From assembly GCA_043740655.1 (NCBI GenBank), contig JAYUBV010000350.1, forward strand, positions 1 through 41,692: a DNA stretch of 41,692 nucleotides, written 5' to 3'. The stretch is from Pseudomonadota bacterium. Its GTDB lineage: Bacteria > Bdellovibrionota > FAC87 > UBA2466. The notes below the pieces were generated by a model. The model was given only the letters and a program-made list of their open reading frames with translations. It had not been told where the DNA came from and did no database searches. How positions within the stretch are numbered: position 1 is the stretch's first letter; each line of letters starts with the position of its first letter. Position numbers and translations under genes: made by a program. Below, piece after piece: positions 16,621 to 23,878 of the stretch.

Positions 16621-18504
16621 ATGAACCGTCGAACGTTGTTTGTAACTGTTGGTTGGATTGCGCTCAATCTTTTGTGTGCGTCCCCTCTACTGGCCGAACC
16701 ACCTACCAAACATGATGAGGGTACCCCCACCGGTACGCCGCCCACGGCTGCTGACGGCCGCCCCACGCTGGAGACAGTAGCCACGCCTACTACCTACGAT
16801 GATTTGATTAAGGCGTTCGGCAAAGTCGACTCGAAAGGCCTTAAGGTCACCGAGCAGACTTTGATCGAAAATGGCAAAAAGTCCGACGTCACGATTAAGA
16901 CCGACGAAGCCGCTCAGCTTAAAAAGTGGGTGGAGAATTTCAAGGTTTATCGTGAAGCCATGATGAAGTGCGGCGCGAGCGATCGCAGCGCGAAAGCTTT
17001 CGCTTTGTATCTCGATAAGTATGTCGCTGAACTTTACCGCGTAATCACGGCGGACCCGTCCAAGGCCACCGGCACGGACGAGAAGACGCTCATCACAATG
17101 ACCGCTCAGCTCGAGCGTTTCATGGATGAGAAGGCGAAAGAGTTCTCGGCCGATTCGAAAGACTTTGCGGAAGCGGACACCAAGCTACGCACGCAGCTCG
17201 TGAAAACCGTTAAGCTGTTCTTCGGTGAGTACCGCAAGCTTGATTTCAAAGAAGACGCGGCACGCGTGTACGAAGAGAACGTCGCCAAACCGGTCAAAGG
17301 TGAAGCCACGATTCAGATCACGCATAAACCTTTCGAGCCCATGCTCAAAGAAATGGACGACGCGGTGAAGTCTTTGAAGGCTCGCTCTGCGAATCTCGAA
17401 AAGACTTGTAAGCTCTCGGCTCCGGCCGGTGGAACGCCTACGGGCACGGCAACCGGAACGAAGACGGGGGGAACCTCCACTGGTACCGCTACCGGGACGG
17501 CTACGGGAACGGGCACGGGACTTTCGAGCACCGTGAAACCTCCGGTACTTGGTGGAAAAGAGGCTCCTCCGATCGGCGGTAACCCGACCGGCACCGGCAC
17601 TCCGGCCGGTACGACCCCCGGAACTCCGGCGGGCACTGCGGCAGGAACTGCCGCTGGCACCGCGGCCGGCACGGGACCTGGCTTCGTAGAAGTACCTCCC
17701 CAGCAGAACAACTTTGATCCGAACCAGTTCGCGGCTCAAGTACAGCCGTTCATTGATAACCTGCGGAACGACATCGCTAAGCAGGCTCAATTGCAACAGG
17801 ATGACTTGAACAAACGTCTGCAGGCAGGTCAGCAAGCTTTGCAAGACATCGGTCGGTTGCAGAACCTGGAACAGGATCAGAATAAGAATGCTTTAGCGGA
17901 TGCGCTTCGCAACGTCGGCAACAAGGGTGGCGACAAGAGCAATACGGAAAATCCTCCGCAGCAGCCGCAGATTCCGAATATTTCGCCTCAGGTGGGCAGC
18001 GGAAGTCAGGGGCAGCCGCCTCCGGTGCCGCCGAATGAGCCCCAACCGCAGCAGCCGCAAATCGTTCCGTTTATGCCTCCGCCGCAGTTGGCGCAGAGCC
18101 CGATCGTGATTCCGCAGGAGAATAAGCCCTGGGAAGATGAGCGTCGTCGCGGTTATGCCCCGATTCCGGTGCAGAATAACTCAGGGATTATGGACTTGCT
18201 CCGCATGACTCAGGCGCAGCTGCAGCAACAACAGCTGGCCGCCGCTCAGCGTAATCAGCTGGGTAATACGGGTTTTAATAATGGTGGAAACGGCGGAATG
18301 CGTGGCCGAGTCATGAATGGCCCGCGCCGCTCGTCTCGCACGACGGGACTGTCGCGCGGACCCGGTGGAACATCGTTGTCGCGCTCTAACACGACTTCGC
18401 CGGCCCTTCGTCGCGGACCCCAGGCTCAGATCTCGGTTAGCCCGCGGTCACGCACGGGAAGCCTGCCGAGCAGCATCGAAAGCCGTAGCTCTTTATCGCG
18501 TTAA
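16621..18504 (+). CDS. Secreted low-complexity protein (helical N-domain, Gly-Thr/Ala repeats, Gln-rich and Pro-Gln-rich regions, Arg/Ser-rich tail)
   Basis: AGGAG lies 7 nt before ATG 16621. The signal peptide is MNRRTLFVTVGWIALNLLCASPLLA. The track ORF from 16498 is an upstream extension. Repeats include GTPTGTATGTKTGGTSTGTATGTATGTGTG and PAGTAAGTAAGTAAGTG, plus PQQPQIP x2. The C-terminus reads RSSRTTGLSRGPGGTSLSRSNTTSPALRR. Confidence 0.7.
   Translation: MNRRTLFVTVGWIALNLLCASPLLAEPPTKHDEGTPTGTPPTAADGRPTLETVATPTTYDDLIKAFGKVDSKGLKVTEQTLIENGKKSDVTIKTDEAAQLKKWVENFKVYREAMMKCGASDRSAKAFALYLDKYVAELYRVITADPSKATGTDEKTLITMTAQLERFMDEKAKEFSADSKDFAEADTKLRTQLVKTVKLFFGEYRKLDFKEDAARVYEENVAKPVKGEATIQITHKPFEPMLKEMDDAVKSLKARSANLEKTCKLSAPAGGTPTGTATGTKTGGTSTGTATGTATGTGTGLSSTVKPPVLGGKEAPPIGGNPTGTGTPAGTTPGTPAGTAAGTAAGTAAGTGPGFVEVPPQQNNFDPNQFAAQVQPFIDNLRNDIAKQAQLQQDDLNKRLQAGQQALQDIGRLQNLEQDQNKNALADALRNVGNKGGDKSNTENPPQQPQIPNISPQVGSGSQGQPPPVPPNEPQPQQPQIVPFMPPPQLAQSPIVIPQENKPWEDERRRGYAPIPVQNNSGIMDLLRMTQAQLQQQQLAAAQRNQLGNTGFNNGGNGGMRGRVMNGPRRSSRTTGLSRGPGGTSLSRSNTTSPALRRGPQAQISVSPRSRTGSLPSSIESRSSLSR
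17428..17683 (+). repeat. Degenerate in-frame short-period (GGN-ACN / GCN-GGN-ACN) coding repeats
   Basis: There are two blocks. One runs ggaacgcctacgggcacggcaaccggaacgaagacg...ggcacggga. The other runs ggcactgcggcaggaactgccgctggcaccgcggccggcacg. Both encode (T/A)-G-T repeats. Confidence 0.6.
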
Positions 18505-18546
18505 TATCCCGACTTGGGGCCGTGCCCCGTCGAGGTTCCTAAAATT

Positions 18547-18584
18547 GCCGGTGTTGCGAAAGCATCGCCGGCTTTTTTATTTTT
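18547..18584 (+). terminator. Rho-independent terminator of the low-complexity protein gene
   Basis: GCCGGTGtTGC-GAAA-GCAtCGCCGGC (GNRA loop) is followed by TTTTTTATTTTT. AAAATT upstream could allow weak bidirectional use. The T-tract overlaps the stop codon of the convergent gene. Confidence 0.75.
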
Positions 18585-19617
18585 AGAGAGCGAGCGGAAT
18601 CTCTCCGTACCACAAACCACCGCTGACCCGGTCGGTCTTGATCGTGCCGTTCGGCATGACGATGGCGCGAGTGATTTCGCTGGGGGTCGGCACGCGGCAG
18701 TCGTCGCCGAGTACGGCGTAGGGGCCTAGGATCGATTCTGGGGCCACTGAAACATTTTTCCCGAAGATGACCGGGCCGCGCAGTTCAATGCCCGACGGAA
18801 TTTGGGCGCCGGCCGGTGCCCAGATCCCTTGCTGAATTTCTTGGTAGCCCATCCACTTCGTCAGCAGATTTTTCAGTACGGGCTCGCTCTCGCCGAGCTT
18901 ATCCATGAGCGCCATCGAGGCTTTCCAGAATGGCGATCGTTCGCCCGTGTCGTACCAATAATTTCGCTCGGTGAAAAAAACGTTGGCGCGCTCGGGAAAT
19001 TCTTTCATTAAGCGCGGATAAAGAATTTCGTTGATGCCCGACGGAACCGCCTCGAGAAAACGGAAGACCTCCGGGCTAAGCAAATGCACCCCGGTAAAAA
19101 TGCCCGTCTTAGCGGGTGCCGCTACCTCGCATCGGGGTAGCGATGTCAGGCGTCCATCCATCTGGCAGCCCACCTTGGCGTAGAACGGTTGAATAGCGTC
19201 GTCCTGATGCAGCAGCATCGACGCCCACGAGCCACGGGATAAGTGCTGACTGAGGTAGGGCTTGAGGTCGACGTTGGATATGAAGTCGCAGTTCACGAGG
19301 GCGAAGGAATCTTTGCCGAAGAAGGCTTCCGCCTTTTTTAAGCCCCCGCCGGTACCGAGCAGGATTTTTTCGCGCGAGTACTCAATTTTCATTCCGAACG
19401 CTTTCCCATCCCCCAGGTATTTTTCCAAACTTTCGGGGAGATGGTGGAGGTTCAAGATTACGTCGTGAATGCCCGCACGTTTCAGCACGTCGAGGCCGAA
19501 CAGTACGTTGGGAATGTTCAGCACGGGCACCAGCGGTTTGGGCATCCGCTCGGTGATGGGCAATAGCCGCGTGCCCAGCCCCGCCGCTAGAATCATTCCC
19601 TTCTTGAAATCGCTCAT
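18583..19617 (-). CDS. NDP-sugar pyrophosphorylase / nucleotidyltransferase (COG1208-like), MurU-like by context
   Basis: MSDFKKGMILAAGLGTRLLPITERMPKPLVPV is the G-x-G-T-R-L sugar nucleotidyltransferase signature. The C-terminal ~110 aa are hexapeptide/beta-helix-like. ATG 19617 forms an ATGA overlap with the upstream kinase stop. The track ORF to 19836 is an out-of-gene extension. Confidence 0.8.
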   Translation of the reverse strand: MSDFKKGMILAAGLGTRLLPITERMPKPLVPVLNIPNVLFGLDVLKRAGIHDVILNLHHLPESLEKYLGDGKAFGMKIEYSREKILLGTGGGLKKAEAFFGKDSFALVNCDFISNVDLKPYLSQHLSRGSWASMLLHQDDAIQPFYAKVGCQMDGRLTSLPRCEVAAPAKTGIFTGVHLLSPEVFRFLEAVPSGINEILYPRLMKEFPERANVFFTERNYWYDTGERSPFWKASMALMDKLGESEPVLKNLLTKWMGYQEIQQGIWAPAGAQIPSGIELRGPVIFGKNVSVAPESILGPYAVLGDDCRVPTPSEITRAIVMPNGTIKTDRVSGGLWYGEIPLAL

Positions 19618-20654
19618 GGCTGAACCTTTGCTAAATGGGTTTTGGCGGCCGCAATCCACTCGTCCACGGGGAACAAACCTTTGATAATCGGGAGGCTGGG
19701 CTCCACTTCGCGCAAAAGGGCTTTGGCCGTATCGAGCGCCGGTAACAGGTAGGGTAAATGGGTGCTCTTTTGAAAACGAGTGTAGAACGAGGCAAAAGAT
19801 CCGGCGGCCTTTACGATGCGCTGCAGGCCTACCCATGCGAGGTCGCGGTCAAATGTTTCCCAAACGATGGCCCGAGCCAGCAGATCGTACTTTCCGACCG
19901 ACGTACGGTAGTGCAAGGCGAGTTCAGTTTTTTCTTGCGGGCTTAAGTGGACGTAAGCGTCGAAGATGAGGCTCGCCAGATCGTAAGTGGGCGATCCAAG
20001 CCGCGCATCCTGAAAATCGATGAGAAAAAGATCGTCCTTGTACACGAGCACGTTGCGCGTGTGATAGTCGCGGTGGCAAAACACTTCGGGTTTCAGTCCG
20101 CCGATCGTGCGGCAAAAGTGTCTCATTTTTTCTTCTGGCAGGGGCATATCCAGCTTCAAAAAGCCGCGGACCAGATGTTCCCAGGTGAAGCTCATTTCCT
20201 GAAAGTACTTCTCTTCGTCGAATGAACGTGACGCCACCGGCAGGTCCTTCGGCACCGGGAAGGTTTTCCCGTGGAGGTCGGCCAGTAGGGTCACCGCCCG
20301 GCGCATCCAGGCTAAAAACAGGGAACGATCCGCCGCCAAACGCCGCACGGTGAATTGAAGTAGCTCATCGCCTAAGTCTTCCAGCACGCCAACGCCCAGT
20401 GTTTCGTCTATCTCTAAGAACGCGGGAACGGGGAGGCCTTGCTTATGGAGGTAGTGTTGATGTGGCGCGTAATCCTTGCTAGAAATCCAGGTCTCGTCGT
20501 CGAGAATTACGAAGGATTGGTCGCCTAGTGAAACCCGAAAAAATTTCCGTTGAGAACCGTCGCCAGCTAGCCCGACGATCTTCGGTTTCTCGGAAAAACC
20601 TTCCCTGGCTACCCAGGATTCGACCCATTTGGATATTCGATTTGGGATATTCAT
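19614..20654 (-). CDS. Aminoglycoside-phosphotransferase-fold sugar kinase, AmgK-like (anomeric MurNAc/GlcNAc kinase) by context
   Basis: LAGDGSQRKFFRV, CHRDYHTRNVLV (catalytic loop) and LIDFQDARLGSPTYDLASL match the APH/AmgK family. It is translationally coupled to the downstream nucleotidyltransferase. Confidence 0.75.
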   Translation of the reverse strand: MNIPNRISKWVESWVAREGFSEKPKIVGLAGDGSQRKFFRVSLGDQSFVILDDETWISSKDYAPHQHYLHKQGLPVPAFLEIDETLGVGVLEDLGDELLQFTVRRLAADRSLFLAWMRRAVTLLADLHGKTFPVPKDLPVASRSFDEEKYFQEMSFTWEHLVRGFLKLDMPLPEEKMRHFCRTIGGLKPEVFCHRDYHTRNVLVYKDDLFLIDFQDARLGSPTYDLASLIFDAYVHLSPQEKTELALHYRTSVGKYDLLARAIVWETFDRDLAWVGLQRIVKAAGSFASFYTRFQKSTHLPYLLPALDTAKALLREVEPSLPIIKGLFPVDEWIAAAKTHLAKVQP

Positions 20655-20675
20655 CGCTGAGTACTCAGAATATTC
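20646..20675. promoter_or_regulatory. Palindromic element spanning the start codon region of the AmgK-like gene
   Basis: The perfect 12-bp palindrome CTGAGTACTCAG (20657-20668) is flanked by GATATTC (20646-20652) and GAATATTC (20668-20675). It could be an operator or an mRNA hairpin around the amgK-like start codon (20652-20654). Confidence 0.3.
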
Positions 20676-20707
20676 AATGATTTCAACACGTTATTTTGAT
20701 TTTAGCC

Positions 20708-20735
20708 TTGCTGATTTTCTGCCGATTCGTATACT
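20708..20735 (+). promoter_or_regulatory. Candidate sigma70 promoter for the large envelope protein gene
   Basis: TTGCTG (20708-20713), a 16-nt spacer, then TATACT (20730-20735), within an AT-rich divergent intergenic region. Confidence 0.45.
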
Positions 20736-20790
20736 GAGGGTAAGTCCTTCGTTTCTATTTCTTCCCTCACTCACTCATCCCCATCAAAAC

Positions 20791-23700
20791 GTGAATCGAC
20801 TGAAAGCCATTCGCAGGGCCTTGCGCCCAACTTCTCGCGTGACGACCGTGGTGTCGCTTGCGTTGATTGCTGCGGCCGTAGCTCGCCATCACCAATCGCG
20901 TACGCTCGCCCCCGGGGTCCCCGCGGCGCAAATTATCTCGCGGATTGAAAATCCTGTCACTTTGCCGGCACCCGGGTCTATCTCGGGTGTCCGACCCGGG
21001 TCTATCTCGGGTGTCCGACCCGGGTCTATCTCGGGTGTCCGACCCGAAATCGCTGCCGCACTTAAGCCCTTAAATGCGGCGCCCGCGAAGCCGTTGCCGA
21101 CCAAGGTACGCCCGGCCCATAAAACCGTGCGGCTGGAAAAGTCGCCGGTGGAATCGCCGGATCTATATGAGGCGGCGCAACCGCCCGAAGCGCCGCAGAA
21201 TACCGCGCCGATCGTGGCGGAGCGCGAAGACTCGGATGACCGCGCGACGGAAGGCGAGAAGGCAGGCGATGCTGGCGCCGAAGAGTTGGCTACGCTCGAG
21301 AAGTTGATGCAGGAAGAGGTCGAAGTTTCGGACGCGGTGAATAACATCGAGATCGCGCAAGTGGCCGCGGACAATTTGTTAGAAGAAGATTTCGAAGCCA
21401 ACTCGGCGCTCGATCTGCCTTCTACTGAAGTAGTGGATGCGGTACCGACGCAAAAAGAAGGTGAGCTGCAGGCTACTGACTTTTCGTCCTACACCAAATC
21501 AATTCCGGCGATGCGTCTAGCGCTCAACCAAGCCAGTGCCGAATTTGCCGATGCCATGGCCGCCGAGCCGAAGACTACGGTTCCGGCTGTCGCGGAAACG
21601 GAAATAACTCCTGCCGCCGCTGAGCCGACCAGCTCCATCGTCGCCGCTTTGGTTCCCGCACCGTCAAACGACAAGCCGGTGGAGGTCGTCGCCAAGACGT
21701 CCGCCGAACCCGAACTGGTTGCGCCGACCGTTAAGGTGGCTGCCTTGGCGCCGGTAAAGATCAGCGAGCCGGAAGAAAAGGAAGTCGCCGAAGAAGCTTC
21801 TAAAGAAGAGAACGAAGTCGTCGCTCCGGCGATCGCCGCCAATGAGAACGAAGCGGACGAGGATTCTGGTCCGCAGCTAGTTCGTCCGGCGGCCAAAACT
21901 GTCCCGGTGGCGATGACAATTGCCGCTCCCGTGGTCAGAAACGCCCGCGTCGCTACGAATTTGATTCAATCCGGGTTGGGTATTCACCCCTCGATGACTA
22001 TCCAACCGAAAGCCGAGGCTCCCGTGCCGTCGGGCCCTAAAAAATCTATTGATGCGGGCGCCGACATTGCGGCTCTCACGGATACCGAGGCTCCGATGCA
22101 CTTGGTTGCTTCGCGCTCCCTCGACGCCGGTCCCTCCGTTACCGATGCCCCGGACGAAGGGGGACCACAGTTAACGTCGCGCCAACTGCCCCGTCGTTCG
22201 CCGGAAAAGAAAGAATCGATCCTATTCTCCCAGCGCAAGGCTCCGAAGGCCAAAGTCGATGCCGAGGATACGGACGAAGTCGATGAGCACGCCGAGGGCG
22301 GAAAAGGTTCCGGGCGAGTTGAGTTCGATGCCGCGCTGGCGCACTGGCTCGACAAGCATAAGGGCCACGTCGAACTCTACCTGCACCCGGTAAAGGGCAA
22401 GAACCCATCGGATACGATCTTTCTCGACTATGACTTCCCGGACGAAGAGTTTGAATTCTCCACCGAGGGATTGCGTGGCAGCTACCGCCTGGTCGCCGCT
22501 ATCTTCGTTCCCGAGGCCGCCGCGGCCATTGCACAGATTGCTCTTCCCAAACCGCTTTCGGCCGCCAACTATAAGAACCGGATTCGCTTCTCGTTGAGCT
22601 TCCAAGATTTTGAAAAGGCCCGCCGCTGGCAGGCTGCCCGCATGAAGGGGCTTTCGATGACCCTCACGGTCTTCGAGGGGGCCACGGGCGATTACCGCAG
22701 CCCTAAGCCGATTCGGCAGGCTCGCGTCGCCGTTGAAGGCTTCCCGGAGCTCGGTACGTTTCGCGCGGACAGCGAAGGCAACGTGCGCATTCCGCAGGTG
22801 CCGGCCCTCTCTACTCTAAAGATCCACGCGATGGCGGATGGTTACTACGACACGCACGTAATCGTGCCGACGGCCACGACGCAGGTTTACGCCCCCATTT
22901 TCCTCATCTCGAAGGAGAAGGTAGACACCATCACCAAGTTCTTCACGAAGAGCCCGCAGGACATGAATAAAGGCGTCGTGATGGGGCGCGTGTACAGCCC
23001 CAAAACCCGCACGCCGATTGCCGATGAAGTGGTCGAACTGCAGTTCCGCAAGGGCAAGGCGCTTTACTTCGATGCTTTGCCGGACCCGCGGCTGAACGCG
23101 ACGGGTAAGACGGGGCTATTTGGTTTCTTCAACGTGACGTCGACGTTCCGCAATCTAACCCGCGAGTCCAGTGAGCTTCCGTTTCTCTTCAACGTCCCGC
23201 CCCAGTCGGCGCTCTACGTCGAGTTGGGTCGCGGCGGTGAAAAAGCGCTGAAGGGTAAATTGGTGGCGCCATTTTCTTCGGACATGCCGCAAGCGCACGT
23301 TCGGTTGGTGGGGGCGGATGCCAGTGGCTTCGTGACCGCCGATGCGCACGGCCGCTTCTCCATTCCCGGTATCGACTTTCCGTCCGGTAGCTTGCTGCTA
23401 GAAGTTCAGGCGGACGGTTATCCGATCCTTTGGTACGATCTTCCCTGGACACCGCGCGACATTGAAAAGACCCGTTCGCTCTTCATGATCGAGAACGAGC
23501 TAGTCGCTACCAGCGCGGAACGGTTGGCACGGCTCAAGTGGAAAACCCAATTGGGGGCGGTGGTAGGTGGAGCCTCGGGAGCGTTTTTCAAGAACCGCGA
23601 GGAATGCATTGCGGTCACGTTGGACGATTTGTCCGGCAAGTCCGTGGGTTCCGAGTTTGGCCCCTTCCCGCTGTCGGGCAAAGCCACGGTGACAAGAAGT

Positions 23701-23856
23701 CAGAAGCTTTGCCTGACGAAAGCTAACCCCGGCTTCACCTTCTTCAATCTCCAGCCCGGAGAGTACGTCGTGAAATGGCGCAACTCCAAGGGTGCCTCTA
23801 TTCGCTCGCGCGTCGTACGTGTCGGCCTAGGCCGCGTTACCATTGCGGTCGAGTAA
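20791..23856 (+). CDS. Large membrane-anchored envelope protein: N-terminal signal anchor, ~550-aa acidic Ala/Pro/Glu-rich disordered region, C-terminal carboxypeptidase-regulatory-like beta-sandwich repeats
   Basis: The open frame runs 20629-23856. The first canonical start downstream of the predicted promoter is GTG 20791 (NRLKAIRRALRPTSRVTTVVSLALIAAAVA, basic plus TM). C-terminal segments resemble CarboxypepD_reg-type domains: GNVRIPQVPALSTLKIHAMADGYYDTHV, HGRFSIPGIDFPSGSLLLEVQADGYP and FFNLQPGEYVVKWRN. The start is uncertain; ATG 20677 is the alternative. Confidence 0.65.
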   Translation: MNRLKAIRRALRPTSRVTTVVSLALIAAAVARHHQSRTLAPGVPAAQIISRIENPVTLPAPGSISGVRPGSISGVRPGSISGVRPEIAAALKPLNAAPAKPLPTKVRPAHKTVRLEKSPVESPDLYEAAQPPEAPQNTAPIVAEREDSDDRATEGEKAGDAGAEELATLEKLMQEEVEVSDAVNNIEIAQVAADNLLEEDFEANSALDLPSTEVVDAVPTQKEGELQATDFSSYTKSIPAMRLALNQASAEFADAMAAEPKTTVPAVAETEITPAAAEPTSSIVAALVPAPSNDKPVEVVAKTSAEPELVAPTVKVAALAPVKISEPEEKEVAEEASKEENEVVAPAIAANENEADEDSGPQLVRPAAKTVPVAMTIAAPVVRNARVATNLIQSGLGIHPSMTIQPKAEAPVPSGPKKSIDAGADIAALTDTEAPMHLVASRSLDAGPSVTDAPDEGGPQLTSRQLPRRSPEKKESILFSQRKAPKAKVDAEDTDEVDEHAEGGKGSGRVEFDAALAHWLDKHKGHVELYLHPVKGKNPSDTIFLDYDFPDEEFEFSTEGLRGSYRLVAAIFVPEAAAAIAQIALPKPLSAANYKNRIRFSLSFQDFEKARRWQAARMKGLSMTLTVFEGATGDYRSPKPIRQARVAVEGFPELGTFRADSEGNVRIPQVPALSTLKIHAMADGYYDTHVIVPTATTQVYAPIFLISKEKVDTITKFFTKSPQDMNKGVVMGRVYSPKTRTPIADEVVELQFRKGKALYFDALPDPRLNATGKTGLFGFFNVTSTFRNLTRESSELPFLFNVPPQSALYVELGRGGEKALKGKLVAPFSSDMPQAHVRLVGADASGFVTADAHGRFSIPGIDFPSGSLLLEVQADGYPILWYDLPWTPRDIEKTRSLFMIENELVATSAERLARLKWKTQLGAVVGGASGAFFKNREECIAVTLDDLSGKSVGSEFGPFPLSGKATVTRSQKLCLTKANPGFTFFNLQPGEYVVKWRNSKGASIRSRVVRVGLGRVTIAVE
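20971..21046 (+). repeat. Perfect 24-bp tandem repeat, 3 copies plus 4 nt, in-frame (PGSISGVR x3)
   Basis: CCCGGGTCTATCTCGGGTGTCCGA occurs at 20971-20994, 20995-21018 and 21019-21042, followed by CCCG. The three copies are identical. Confidence 0.97.
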
Positions 23857-23878
23857 CGCTCGCCCTTCATTTCGGCAA

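Noticed and set aside
19618-19836. N-terminal extensions in the ORF track: 73 codons on the nucleotidyltransferase, plus the extensions at 16498-16620, 20629-20790, 11247-11333 and 27566-27616.
   Set aside because: The extensions run into the upstream gene or into AT-rich intergenic DNA and lack conserved sequence. Internal starts give canonical N-termini (GxGTRL motif, signal peptides, SD sequences, ATGA coupling).
20971-21046. The tandem 24-bp repeat read as a possible mini-CRISPR array.
   Set aside because: The copies are directly abutting with no spacers, lie in-frame within a long ORF, and no cas genes are present.
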